Positions 1 through 9,900 are shown, counted from the first letter of the stretch. The stretch: 64,000 bases of DNA from an uncultured Chloroflexia bacterium (GCA_963720375.1 CAVRFM010000023.1:18179-82178); one strand, 5' to 3'. Notes: a model not told the origin generated them from the sequence alone. Numbers and translations are program-made.

Positions 1-912
1 ATAGAGACAGCTCTTACAGAGGAAGAGCGGGCTTTGTTCGACATGATGGATCTGGATGAACTGCTTCGGGAGTTTGAGAAGAGGCTGGCTGAACAGACAG
101 AGCAGCATGATGGAGGCAATTACTGGATCGGCAGAGGGGGCACCAGCCCGTTCGGACACTCCGGCTCTCACCCTGCTGGCATCAGGGTTGGGGGGCAGTC
201 GAGGGGCAGGGGGGCCATTAAGATTGCGCAGGAGAGAAGGTTCAGGAACTACCGCAGTGATCTGACCCTGGATGTACGTCAGGTAAAGATGGCCTTGAGG
301 CGGGTGAGGCAGTTGAGTCGTATTGGTATCGAGGATGAACTGGACCTGGAAGAGACGATCGATGCTACTGCCAAGAATGCCGGGGAGGTGGAACTGCGCT
401 GGATGCGGAGCAGAAAGAATGCGGTAAAACTGCTTCTGTTGATGGATGTCGGGGGCTCCATGGAACCATTTGCTGAAGTATGCAGTCTGCTCTTCTCTGC
501 AGCGCATTCCAGTTCGCATTTCAAGGATTTCCAATACTACTACTTCCACAATTGTGTATATGAGAACGTTTATCGTGATATGGAAAAGCAGGAGGAAGTG
601 AGTACCGAACAACTTCTGCGCACGCTGGAGCCGGACTACAAGGTGATACTGGTGGGGGATGCCAGGATGGGGATTACGGAGCTGACGGAAAAATACGGAG
701 CCATATACTATTACCAGCGCAATGAAACTCCGGGAGTAGTGTGGCTGAAGCGGATGGCCGACCACTTCACGCATTGCGTCTGGCTGAATCCGGAGGAGCC
801 ACGATACTGGAATCATCCCACCGTGGCCATGATCGGGAAGATCTTCCCTATGTTTGAGCTCAACCTTGATGGGATTGGAGATTCGGTCAAGAAGCTGGTC
901 AGAAAGAGATGA
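1..912 (+). CDS. CoxE-like VWA domain protein (5'-partial, frame open to window start)
   Basis: ORF 34..912 remains open upstream to nt 1. LMDVGGSM (MIDAS-like) and ILVGDARMG motifs are typical of the CoxE/VWA family. Confidence 0.55.
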   Translation: METALTEEERALFDMMDLDELLREFEKRLAEQTEQHDGGNYWIGRGGTSPFGHSGSHPAGIRVGGQSRGRGAIKIAQERRFRNYRSDLTLDVRQVKMALRRVRQLSRIGIEDELDLEETIDATAKNAGEVELRWMRSRKNAVKLLLLMDVGGSMEPFAEVCSLLFSAAHSSSHFKDFQYYYFHNCVYENVYRDMEKQEEVSTEQLLRTLEPDYKVILVGDARMGITELTEKYGAIYYYQRNETPGVVWLKRMADHFTHCVWLNPEEPRYWNHPTVAMIGKIFPMFELNLDGIGDSVKKLVRKR

Positions 913-1007
913 GCCTTAGTCCTGTTGGCTCTTGGCTTCTTCCTTGAAGCAGTGACAACAGACCGGGTGGTATCACGGGGTAAATTGAATAAAGGCGGGC
1001 AACCTCT

Positions 1008-1970
1008 ATGTGGGAGACAAGAGTAACCAAGATGCTGGGGATAAAGTACCCTATCATTCAGGGTGCTTTTGGGAGCTTTGGCACATCAGCTCTGGCTGTT
1101 CCGGTATCTGAAGCGGGTGGGCTGGGGATGATCACTGCTACGGCCCTGCGCACGCCGGAGGGGCTGCGTCAGGACATACGACGGGCTAAATCTCTTACCG
1201 ACAAGCCGTTTGGGGTGAACCTGACATTGATGGGATGCCCCAACGTTGATGAAATGCGAGAGGTGATTATTGAAGAGGGTGTGCCGGTGGTGGAGACTGC
1301 TGCCTATCGTGCGGATAACCACGGGAAACGGCTGCAGGCTGCCGGGATAAAGTGGATTCATAAGGTGGCTACGATGAAGCATGCCCTGGCAGTGGAGGAG
1401 CAGGGGGCTGATGCGGTGATAATAGTTGGGCTGGAAGGTGCGGGCTTCAAAAGCACGCTTCAACTTCCCACCCTGATATCGATTACCTGGGCAGTGAGGC
1501 AACTGAAGATACCGGTAATAGCTGCCGGTGGCATTGCTGATGGCCGGGGCCTCATGGCTGCTTTGGCAATGGGGGCAGAAGCAGTCTATATGGGGACTGC
1601 CTTCATGGCGACCAAGGAATGCCCCATTTCTGAGCGCCACAAGCAGTCCATGGCAGAAGCTGACCCCACTGAGCCAAAGTACCGGGAACGCTGCCTCGCT
1701 CCTCCGAAGCCTGAGGAATTGGCTAAGGTGATGAGTCAAAGAGGCTCTGTGCCTGCAGAGAAGTGGCTGGCAAGTCTGGAGAGGGTCATGCTGAAGGATT
1801 CTCCGGACATGCCTGATATAACTGAGGAGAACTTAGAGGAGGAGGTGCTGCGGAGCCTTCCAGGGTCACTGGCTGTGGCGGTTATTGATAAGGTGGTCAC
1901 CGTACGGGAACTCATCGATAATATGATCAGTGAAGCTGAGGAGATCCGGCGACGCTGGTCGATATGCTAG
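1008..1970 (+). CDS. nitronate monooxygenase / FabK-like (NMO family) flavoenzyme
   Basis: YPIIQGAFG...GGLGMI N-terminal signature of the 2-nitropropane dioxygenase/enoyl-ACP reductase II family. 320 aa. Confidence 0.6.
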   Translation: MWETRVTKMLGIKYPIIQGAFGSFGTSALAVPVSEAGGLGMITATALRTPEGLRQDIRRAKSLTDKPFGVNLTLMGCPNVDEMREVIIEEGVPVVETAAYRADNHGKRLQAAGIKWIHKVATMKHALAVEEQGADAVIIVGLEGAGFKSTLQLPTLISITWAVRQLKIPVIAAGGIADGRGLMAALAMGAEAVYMGTAFMATKECPISERHKQSMAEADPTEPKYRERCLAPPKPEELAKVMSQRGSVPAEKWLASLERVMLKDSPDMPDITEENLEEEVLRSLPGSLAVAVIDKVVTVRELIDNMISEAEEIRRRWSIC

Positions 1971-2052
1971 CATAAAGTTGACATAACCAGGCCATTTAAC
2001 GGCAAACTTGTTCTGTCCTTCGTTGCTTTGAAGGGGGAATTCAAGGAAGCTC

Positions 2053-2511
2053 TTGTCAAAGGGGTGGGATATGAAACCAAAGGGTGTCAATAGAGTAGTG
2101 ATAGCTGTAAAGGATATCGATAAGGCGATAGATCTCTATTCGAGACTTCTCGGAGCTACTTTTCATGATGCGAGTGCCGGGGCAGAGTCCTATGGGGTGA
2201 GGGTAGCCATAAGCTGGGATGCCGGGATAGAGCTTTGTGCACCGCTGCCCGGACGCAACAGTTACATAGAGCAGATTATCAAAAAGCGTGGGGAGGGTCT
2301 GGTAGGGGTAGTATTCTGTGTTGACGATGTTGATAAAGCACATGAAAAGGCAAAGGACATGGGCATTGGCGTTTTATCCTTGATTGAATATGACCAGCAT
2401 CAGATAGAGCAGCATCTTGGAGGCAGGTTCACGAAGTATAAGGAATACATGCTCAACTCTGCTGACCTTTGCGGTGTAGGGGCGATTGTGGGGCAAATAG
2501 AGCCGAAGTAG
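2053..2511 (+). CDS. VOC (glyoxalase/bleomycin-resistance/methylmalonyl-CoA epimerase-like) family protein
   Basis: 152 aa. VNRVVIAVKDIDKAIDLY pattern and size are typical of the VOC fold. Confidence 0.5.
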   Translation: MSKGWDMKPKGVNRVVIAVKDIDKAIDLYSRLLGATFHDASAGAESYGVRVAISWDAGIELCAPLPGRNSYIEQIIKKRGEGLVGVVFCVDDVDKAHEKAKDMGIGVLSLIEYDQHQIEQHLGGRFTKYKEYMLNSADLCGVGAIVGQIEPK

Positions 2512-2583
2512 CCATCAGATGGAATGCTTAAACGGTCTCTAGTTCGATCAGGTAAAGGGCTAATGAGCGCCCCTCTGTATCCT

Positions 2584-2913
2584 TTACTGAAAATTCACCC
2601 TGGTAGACCCATTGGGACTGGGCCAAAGAAGCTTACTTATCTTCTGCTGTTCCTTCTTGTCTATAATCGGCTCAATTTCCGATAGGGCTTCCCCCTTTTC
2701 ATTTGTCCCATATCTCCAGCGCACTACGTAGCCTCTCACGTTCATGTTCCCTACAAATGGTGTGCCTGAGGCGGTACAAAAATTAACGGCGGTTGCCTCG
2801 GCATAGTGATAGAGGACTTTTCGTCCTTGGTACTCCATTATACCTTCGCTCAGCGTAAACCTTCTCTCATCCAGAATAGAGTCCTGTGGCGGGTGGGCGT
2901 AAACATATGTCAT
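2584..2913 (-). CDS. hypothetical protein
   Basis: 109-aa ORF in an otherwise empty interval. No recognisable motif. Confidence 0.3.
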   Translation of the reverse strand: MTYVYAHPPQDSILDERRFTLSEGIMEYQGRKVLYHYAEATAVNFCTASGTPFVGNMNVRGYVVRWRYGTNEKGEALSEIEPIIDKKEQQKISKLLWPSPNGSTRVNFQ

Positions 2914-3338
2914 AGCTCTTCCACTCCAGTTCTGATACGCCAGGCAAAGGCTGGCCCTTATGCACTTTCAATGATACTGACATAAGTATCAGACATCAAA
3001 TCGCAGTGAAATACGGCAGCATGGCTAGTTGTTGGGAGAGCAATTTGATGCCTGGGAACAAAAGGCTGCTTTTCGTCGTCTATATTAGAAGAGAGGCGGT
3101 CTGGCCACTTGCTTAGTCAGAGGGGGTGTGAAATGCAGAAAGAAGTCATTATTGATCCGAGAGCGGCTTATTACAGGGGACGTTACCGGATCACCATAGA
3201 TTGGTCGAAAGTTGGCAAGGGCCATGGTGATGAAGATTTGCCGATATCCGAAGGAGTTCAGAGCAAACAAAACAAGGTGGCGAAACAATACTCGAAGAGC
3301 GCCTTGCAATCTTAGTTGATCATATAGTTCGATGGACC

Positions 3339-4208
3339 TTATCTCTTGAGTGCTTTGATGCTGGCCCATCTCGCTTTCCCTTTTGCCAGCACCCGCTGCC
3401 CTTCAGTTCTGAATACGAAGTAGTTCTGCTCAAACCTCTTCAGTAAATCCTTTTCCTGCCGGAACCACAGGTTTTCGCGGGCCTGTAGCCAGTGAGGTCC
3501 CATGGGGATTTCCTCGATTCCCTTCTGGTCGAAGGATGACTCTTGAACCTGACAGATCTCAAGTGAAAAACCAGCCTTTTCGTACAGTTCCTTCAATTGG
3601 GACATGGTGAAGAATCTGAAGTCCGGGCCGTGGGCCTCCTGGAAGGCCTCTTCAATTGACTCATTCAGCCTTTTCTCTTCGCTGTCCGAAGGTTCCTGCA
3701 GCACCGGGTCCAGAGAGAAGAGGTAACCCATTGGCTTCAATATGCGGTGCAGTTCTGCTGCAGCTTTTTCAGGCCGGGTGAAGTGGTGGAAACTCATCAT
3801 GAGGCAGGCCGAATCAAAGACCTGTGGCAGGAAGGGCAGTATTTCTGCTTCCCCCCGAACCAGGAAGAAGTTATCTATATTGCGCTTTAAGATCTTTTCC
3901 CTGGCTACTCTGAGCATACCGCGGCCGGAATCTATGCCGACTACAGAGCCACTAGGAAGTCTGTCATGGAGAGCAATACCCAGTCGGCCTGTCCCTGTCC
4001 CCACATCCAATACCCGATCACTGGCTCCAGGGCGCAATCCATCCATTGTGATGCGGGTCAGAGACTCCAGGGCTGCCATTCCGGAAACACGTTGATCAAA
4101 CTGTAATGCCTTATGGTAGTCCTGATAGTCGATCTCGTTAGTCATTGGAATCAGCCTCCCCTTTGATGATGGTCCTTTACTGTATGAACCGGGACTGTCT
4201 TGGGTCAA
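3339..4208 (-). CDS. class I SAM-dependent methyltransferase
   Basis: VLDVGTGTGRLG motif I (GxGxG) of the UbiE/SmtA-type methyltransferase fold. 289 aa. Confidence 0.65.
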   Translation of the reverse strand: MTQDSPGSYSKGPSSKGRLIPMTNEIDYQDYHKALQFDQRVSGMAALESLTRITMDGLRPGASDRVLDVGTGTGRLGIALHDRLPSGSVVGIDSGRGMLRVAREKILKRNIDNFFLVRGEAEILPFLPQVFDSACLMMSFHHFTRPEKAAAELHRILKPMGYLFSLDPVLQEPSDSEEKRLNESIEEAFQEAHGPDFRFFTMSQLKELYEKAGFSLEICQVQESSFDQKGIEEIPMGPHWLQARENLWFRQEKDLLKRFEQNYFVFRTEGQRVLAKGKARWASIKALKR

Positions 4209-4347
4209 AGTATACCACGGTCCGTGAGTGGAATTCTCTCGTTATTGCGAGCGAGGGGAAGCAATCTCTGTGTCTTGGTAAACGCTATCCTTGAGGCTGC
4301 TTGATACTGCCGGGTGTAGCGTGAGAGAATAGATAGAGGTTCTGCTG

Positions 4348-4950
4348 ATGAAAGTCATAGGTCTCACCGGAAGCATCTGCAGCGGCAAGAGTACTGTTGC
4401 CGGTTTTCTGGCGAAGCTTGGTGCGGTGGTATTGAGTGCTGACGAGATTGGCCACGAAGCCTTCAGCCCCCATACCGAGACCTGGCAGCGGGTGGTCGAA
4501 GCCTTTGGCAGGGAGATTGTCACCGGCGGTGATGAGATTGACCGGAAGAGGCTGGGGGAGATTGTCTTCAATAACAGCCAGTCTCTGGAGCGGCTGAATC
4601 AGATAATGCATCCCGGCATGCACCGGGTAGCAGAGAAAAAGCTTGAGGAACTGAGACAGCAGGGGGTGGGAGTGGTTGTGCTGGAAGCACCGCTCCTGAT
4701 AGAAGCTAAATGGCTGGACTTGGTGGACGAGGTCTGGGTGGCTATGGCCAGTGAGTCCACCATGGTTCGCCGCTGCCAAAACCGCTCCGGGCTTCCTGAA
4801 TCTCAGGCTAAGGCGCGTATCCTGTCGCAACTTCCTCCGGGGGAGAAGACCAGGTATGCGGACGTAGTGATAGATACTGATGTCACCTTAGAAGAGGTAG
4901 AAGCCAGAGTGAAAGATCTGTGGGAGCAGAGGTTTTGCTCAAAAGGGTAG
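4348..4950 (+). CDS. coaE: dephospho-CoA kinase
   Basis: MKVIGLTGSICSGKST P-loop and overall CoaE architecture, 200 aa. Overlaps the downstream CoA-pyrophosphatase-type Nudix gene. Confidence 0.8.
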   Translation: MKVIGLTGSICSGKSTVAGFLAKLGAVVLSADEIGHEAFSPHTETWQRVVEAFGREIVTGGDEIDRKRLGEIVFNNSQSLERLNQIMHPGMHRVAEKKLEELRQQGVGVVVLEAPLLIEAKWLDLVDEVWVAMASESTMVRRCQNRSGLPESQAKARILSQLPPGEKTRYADVVIDTDVTLEEVEARVKDLWEQRFCSKG

Positions 4951-5537
4951 AAATAGACAAGGAAAAGATCAGGCAAGCGCTCTCCCAACGGGAGAAGATA
5001 GTTGAAAAGCCGGATGGTTTTACTCCAGCGGCTGTGCTCCTGCCGCTCTACGAGGCGGAGGGAAGCTACCACCTTGTTTTCACCAAGAGGACGGAGAAGG
5101 TTCATTATCATAAGGGGCAGATTTCGTTCCCCGGTGGAGGGCGGCACCCGGAGGATAGATCCCTCATGGATACGGCTCTCAGGGAAACCTGGGAGGAGAT
5201 AGGCCTCAACCCCGGGGATGCGGAGATCCTCGGTGAGCTGGATGACTTTGCCACCTATACCACTAATTTTGTCATATCCCCCTTCGTAGCGGCTATACCG
5301 TATCCTTATGAATTCCGAACAAGTCCGGACGAAGTAGAGGAGATAATCAAGGTGCCCCTCTCCGTGCTCCTGGACAAGAACAATTTCACTGAAGAGGAAT
5401 TGCTCCTGGGGAACAGGCCCATTATGCAGTATTTCTATCGCTATGGCGATCAAGTGATCTACGGGGCTACAGCCAGGATTGTGAAGCAATTCCTGGAGGT
5501 TGTGTTCACAAATGACAGGGCTGGCACTAGCACCTGA
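4920..5537 (+). CDS. Nudix hydrolase, CoA pyrophosphatase (NudL-like)
   Basis: GQISFPGGGRHPEDRSLMDTALRETWEEIGL Nudix box. Genomic coupling with coaE. Confidence 0.7.
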   Translation: MGAEVLLKRVEIDKEKIRQALSQREKIVEKPDGFTPAAVLLPLYEAEGSYHLVFTKRTEKVHYHKGQISFPGGGRHPEDRSLMDTALRETWEEIGLNPGDAEILGELDDFATYTTNFVISPFVAAIPYPYEFRTSPDEVEEIIKVPLSVLLDKNNFTEEELLLGNRPIMQYFYRYGDQVIYGATARIVKQFLEVVFTNDRAGTST

Positions 5538-5680
5538 ACATCCCACGTTCCATCACTTGAAGCCAACCTCTTCTGGCCTCAATCCTTTGTGGTAGAACTT
5601 CAGGCTGCTCCCCTTTGTATCCAGGCTGAAGTAGCATGATATAATCTCGCAGAGGATCTTCTCTAATTCACTAAACCCAA

Positions 5681-6196
5681 TTGCACAATGAAATGAAATA
5701 CAGAGTTGAACATTTCTTCTGTAGCCCATGCCTGCTAAAGAATGTGGATGAAATTAGCGAGGTCTACTCGTGTATAGATCGCATAATGTGGCATTCTGAG
5801 TTCGTGCTCGAGTTTAAGGGTAGGAGATATGAGCACCAGCAAGCATACAACAAAGCACTTGAGATAGAGTTCTCTAGCTATGGATGGAAGCCACACCCTC
5901 TGCTGGTTGACCAACCCAGGCTACTAGGAGACTTTCAGAAGAACAATGTATTCGTTGAGATTCAGTTTGGCAACAGTGCTACAGTCTACAGGGATTACTA
6001 TAAGTTCCACTACGGTTTGACGCACAACCTTCTGGCCCTAGCCGTGTTGATAGTCCCAACTACCCCAAAGAAATTCTTCCCCACTCGTGCTTCCAGTGTG
6101 AGTAACATGGCGGAATTTAACCTGGCCGACAGGTACTTTAAGCTGCTGCCTATCCCGGTGCCTATTCTTCTGATTGGACTACTACCAGAGAACTAA
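5681..6196 (+). CDS. putative PD-(D/E)XK nuclease, BglII/BamHI-like restriction-endonuclease fold (tentative)
   Basis: VFVEIQFGN resembles the E-x-Q/E-x-E catalytic motif of BglII/BamHI-family enzymes, recalled from memory and unverified. The gene sits in a lower-GC islet. Confidence 0.3.
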   Translation: MHNEMKYRVEHFFCSPCLLKNVDEISEVYSCIDRIMWHSEFVLEFKGRRYEHQQAYNKALEIEFSSYGWKPHPLLVDQPRLLGDFQKNNVFVEIQFGNSATVYRDYYKFHYGLTHNLLALAVLIVPTTPKKFFPTRASSVSNMAEFNLADRYFKLLPIPVPILLIGLLPEN

Positions 6197-6236
6197 AGTC
6201 TGAGGCATGGACTATACTTGCGAAGGGGGTTTCTAG

Positions 6237-6935
6237 TTGATGCAGCCTGGAGACATTTTGTCCTACCTTCAGATGTGCTCGCAGGAAGGAGTGAACCTCC
6301 AAAGGGGAATGAATTATCACCTGCGTGGTGGACTGAGCGTTATCCTCATGAGCTTGCGACCAAGAGCACCGTATGCAGACAGAATTGAGGATAATGGCCG
6401 AGTCTTGATCTATGAGGGCCATGACCTACCAAGGCAAAGAGGTAGTCTTGATCCTAAGATGGTTGACCAGCCAATGACGAATCCAAATCATACACTGACC
6501 CAGAATGGCTTGTTCTATCAAGCGGCGATGAGTTATAAGCAAAAAGGTGGTCAGCCCGAGCGTGTGAGAGTCTATGAGAAGGTGCGCCCTGGGATATGGG
6601 TCTACAATGGGTTGTTCAAGCTAGTTGATGCTTGGCAGGAGAAGGACAACTCTCGCAAGGTTTTCAAGTTCAGATTGCAAATGCTGGGTGATTCCGAAGA
6701 CTCGGTCACAACACAAGAGGACATCGATCACACTCGTCTCATTCCAGCATCAGTGAAGCTGCAGGTGTGGCAAAGGGATAAGGGGCGATGCGTCATCTGT
6801 GGAAGTAGCGACAACCTTCATTTTGACCACATAATCCCCTACTCAAGAGGAGGTTCTTCATTGGTGGCTGCTAACATTCGGCTACTATGTGCCAGGCACA
6901 ATCTGGCCAAGAGAGACAGGATAGAATACGCCTAG
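6237..6935 (+). CDS. HNH endonuclease with N-terminal putative DNA-recognition domain (Type IV-like candidate)
   Basis: C-terminal CVICGSSDNLHFDHIIPYSRGG...NIRLLCARHN is a clear HNH motif. An N-terminal domain of about 150 aa is of unknown type (possibly SRA/PUA-like). Confidence 0.45.
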   Translation: MMQPGDILSYLQMCSQEGVNLQRGMNYHLRGGLSVILMSLRPRAPYADRIEDNGRVLIYEGHDLPRQRGSLDPKMVDQPMTNPNHTLTQNGLFYQAAMSYKQKGGQPERVRVYEKVRPGIWVYNGLFKLVDAWQEKDNSRKVFKFRLQMLGDSEDSVTTQEDIDHTRLIPASVKLQVWQRDKGRCVICGSSDNLHFDHIIPYSRGGSSLVAANIRLLCARHNLAKRDRIEYA

Positions 6936-7030
6936 CATATACCTTATCCTCCCTCATAGTCGTCTAAGAATCCCCTTTGTATCCAAGTTTGGGTTGGGAT
7001 GGTACGCTGAGTAACTGATGTGGACTTAGC

Positions 7031-7768
7031 ATGGTAGCGAATCCGAAGGATGCAGCTACCCTGATCCTGTTGCGCAGTGCCAGGCGATCTGAATCAGGGA
7101 TCGAAGTCCTCATGCTGCAAAGGCATGCCAATAGCGCGTTTATGCCTGGTGCTTATGTCTTCCCTGGGGGCATGGTGGAAGTGGCGGACTATGCACCTGA
7201 GGTGGAGCGAATCTGCCATGGGCTGAGCTTCGAAAAGGCGCGGGGTATTATCAATAGTGCTTCCCCTCCTGAGAGGGCGCTCGGATTCTTCGTGGCCGCC
7301 ATCAGGGAGACGTTTGAGGAGGCGGGAATTCTTCTGGCTTGCAGGGAGTCCTCTGCATTGGCAGCTCTCGATGAGGAGCAGAAGGCGCGGTTTGCTGGGT
7401 ACCGTGATAAAGTACACGGTGATCCCGTTGCTTTTATGCCGATAATTGAGCAGGAGGGGCTGAAGCTGGCGACAGACAGCCTCTGCTACTTTGCCCACTG
7501 GATTACTCCGGAGGCGTCTCCTATTCGGTTTGACGCCCGTTTCTTTGTGGCCTCTGCCCCGCCGGATCAGGAGGCTTGTTCTGATGGATTGGAGACGACT
7601 GTGGCTAAGTGGATTTCACCTCAGGAGCTACTGGAAGAACACCGAAAAGGGGCGTTGTTTCTGCCTGTGCCCACGCTGTCCAGCGTGTCAACCCTGGCCC
7701 GGTTCTCCAGAGTTGACGAAGTGATTGCCTCGACGCGTGGTAAAGTGATACATGTTGGTCATGGATGA
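7031..7768 (+). CDS. Nudix-family hydrolase
   Basis: MPGAYVFPGGMVE...IRETFEEAGIL Nudix box. The 3' half lies inside the 395-bp direct repeat. Confidence 0.55.
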   Translation: MVANPKDAATLILLRSARRSESGIEVLMLQRHANSAFMPGAYVFPGGMVEVADYAPEVERICHGLSFEKARGIINSASPPERALGFFVAAIRETFEEAGILLACRESSALAALDEEQKARFAGYRDKVHGDPVAFMPIIEQEGLKLATDSLCYFAHWITPEASPIRFDARFFVASAPPDQEACSDGLETTVAKWISPQELLEEHRKGALFLPVPTLSSVSTLARFSRVDEVIASTRGKVIHVGHG

Positions 7769-7833
7769 CCCGGATTAGCCTTTGCTTGATTCTCCTTCAC
7801 CCGGCGCAGCCAATTCTCTACCCATGACACCAG
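7439..7833. repeat. 395-bp direct repeat, copy A (3' half of Nudix gene + 3' end of meaB)
   Basis: About 97% identical to 10914..11309. Contains about 50 nt matching the meaB C-terminal coding sequence although meaB itself lies 3.4 kb away. Confidence 0.85.
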
Positions 7834-7916
7834 CCTTCAATCCTGCTAACATAGTCCGGCAATTATCTCTATAGCAACATAATTGATTGCATCCGTGTCC
7901 CGTGTCGTCCAATTCA

Positions 7917-8064
7917 CAACTTCAAAGATGAAGGGCAATTGTGGTATAGTATTGCCATTGCTGGTACACGGGCGACATGGATAATATGCGGGTATCTGTG
8001 CAACGCCGAAATCATCTATTTTATTTCTCTTTTGATGCGTACGCTTGGAATGGCAGACATCCCA
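7917..8064 (+). other. conserved noncoding element copy E1 (about 148 nt)
   Basis: About 75% identical to 10208..10350. Ends in the core TTGATGCGTACGCTTGGAATGGCAGACATCCC immediately upstream of the probable PHP gene start (TTG at 8087). No conserved reading frame between copies. Confidence 0.6.
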
Positions 8065-8755
8065 ATCATCTTGTCGAGATTTCATCTTGAAGATCGATCT
8101 CCACGTTCATACCAATCCGCTATCACCCGATAGCTTCATGAGCGCTGAGCAAGCCATCCAGACAGCGAAGGAGATTGGATTAGATGGTATTTGCTTCACT
8201 GAGCATGATCGCGCATGGCCATTGTCTGAAATCCGCCTCTTAAGAGAAAAGCACGACTTCCCCGTTTTCAGGGGTGTCGAGGTCATGCTGCGGGGCGGTA
8301 TTGAAATGCTCGTTTTCGGTTTGAACATCGACTTCACCAGTCTGCTCCAACTCAGAGATCTAAGGAATATGGTAATCGCGGCGAAGGGATTCATGGTCTA
8401 CGCACACCCCTTTCGTGGGCTCCCGGAACTGACAATCAGTGATTCAGATGCTGCATTTCAGATCACGCTTGGCAAGGTAGACATCACCAGCATTGATGCT
8501 ATGGAAGGTCGCAATGGGCGCCACAAAGACATTTTCAACCAACCAGCCCTGGAAATGGCTGCGAGGTGTAGCTTGAAGACCACAGGCGGAAGTGATGCCC
8601 ATGCAGTAGATGAAATCGGCACATGCGTCACGGTCTTTGAGAGCAACGTCACTTCGGATGCCGAACTACTGAACGAGTTGAGTGCCGGCAGATTTGCCAG
8701 CGCACAATTCAGGATCAGGGAGAGATGGACATGGCGGGAACCACAGATAGGATAG
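8045..8755 (+). CDS. PHP-domain metal-dependent phosphoesterase
   Basis: KIDLHVHT...GLDGICFTEHD PHP signature. The likely true start is TTG at 8087 (MKIDLHVHT). Confidence 0.65.
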   Translation: MEWQTSQSSCRDFILKIDLHVHTNPLSPDSFMSAEQAIQTAKEIGLDGICFTEHDRAWPLSEIRLLREKHDFPVFRGVEVMLRGGIEMLVFGLNIDFTSLLQLRDLRNMVIAAKGFMVYAHPFRGLPELTISDSDAAFQITLGKVDITSIDAMEGRNGRHKDIFNQPALEMAARCSLKTTGGSDAHAVDEIGTCVTVFESNVTSDAELLNELSAGRFASAQFRIRERWTWREPQIG

Positions 8756-8976
8756 GTACCCGCGCTGGGGGTCTTAATTGACAACCTGCGTCCCGATGGC
8801 GTAGCATTTTCTTTGAGCCTTGTTCATGAAATGGGACACCGCAGTTTCTCGGAAAGCAAGAAGGTAACCCTATTGAGCGGTGCCGTCGACAACGGGGAGC
8901 CCTGCCTTGATCCCCCAGCCTGAAGTATTGCGGATGTCCTACACAAATAAACGCAAATAGGAGGTGCGGAGCAAAA

Positions 8977-9900
8977 ATGGCAAAGAGACTGGATGGCAAA
9001 GTAGCGATAGTAACCGGTTCCGGCCGCGGAATCGGTGCCGCCCACGCAATGGCGCTGGCCATGCACGGAGCGAAGGTAGTCGTCAATGATCCCGGTGTCA
9101 ATCGCGACGGGACTGGTTCCTCCAACGTGGCTGACGAGACCGTAGCCGCTATCAAGAAGGCCGGCGGAGTAGCCATAGCCAACTATGACAGCGTGGCCAC
9201 TCCTGAAGGCGGCGAGGCCATCGTCAAGTGCGCGGTGGAGAAGCTCGGCGGAATCCACATACTGGTAAACAACGCAGGCTTCCTGCGGGACAAGACATGC
9301 TGGACCATGACTCCGGAAGAGTTTGACTTGGTGGTCAAAGTGCATCTCTACGGGCATTTCAATACCATCAGGGCAGCGGCACCGATCATGAGGCAGCAGA
9401 GGTGGGGAAGGATAATCAACACCTCCTCTGAGGCAGGTGCTATCGGTAATTTCGGGCAGATCAACTACTCGGCAGCCAAGGAGGGCATCGTCGGTCTGAC
9501 CAGGGTTGTCGGCAGGGAACTGGGCAAGTACGGCGTGACCTGCAATGCGATCAGGCCGCAGGCGGCAACGCGTATGACCATGACCGAGGATGTGCTGTCC
9601 AATATCGCGAAGATGACCGGGCTGAAAGACGCGAAAGAGGCCGAGAAAGCATTCATTGCCATGGCCGACCCCAAGTTTATTTCTCCTATCCTGATATTCC
9701 TGTGCTCAGAGGAAGCGGCAAACGTCAATGCGCGCGTATTCAATGTTGGCAGCGGCAAGTTCGGCCTCTACAACGAGCCGGAGGTCATTGCCTTTGTGGA
9801 GAAGCCTGGCCAGGTCTGGGACACTGAAGAGCTGATCAAGGAAATGGTCGCCAAAGTAACTGGCAAACTGGCTAACGTGTCCCCTCCGCAGCAGAAATAG
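8977..9900 (+). CDS. SDR-family NAD(P)-dependent oxidoreductase (3-hydroxyacyl-CoA dehydrogenase-like)
   Basis: TGSGRGIG cofactor motif, NNAG, and the YSAAK catalytic YxxxK. 307 aa with a C-terminal extension. Confidence 0.7.
   Translation: MAKRLDGKVAIVTGSGRGIGAAHAMALAMHGAKVVVNDPGVNRDGTGSSNVADETVAAIKKAGGVAIANYDSVATPEGGEAIVKCAVEKLGGIHILVNNAGFLRDKTCWTMTPEEFDLVVKVHLYGHFNTIRAAAPIMRQQRWGRIINTSSEAGAIGNFGQINYSAAKEGIVGLTRVVGRELGKYGVTCNAIRPQAATRMTMTEDVLSNIAKMTGLKDAKEAEKAFIAMADPKFISPILIFLCSEEAANVNARVFNVGSGKFGLYNEPEVIAFVEKPGQVWDTEELIKEMVAKVTGKLANVSPPQQK

Noticed and set aside
1086-1739. 217-aa minus-strand ORF inside the NMO gene
   Set aside because: Antisense to a well-supported CDS. His/Pro/Arg-rich low-complexity translation typical of a spurious antisense frame.
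7917-8064. E-element as a tRNA-like gene, integron attC site or group II intron domain V
   Set aside because: No cloverleaf, no RYYYAAC/GTTRRRY core pair in the right geometry, and no domain-V consensus. Only a short palindrome is shared.
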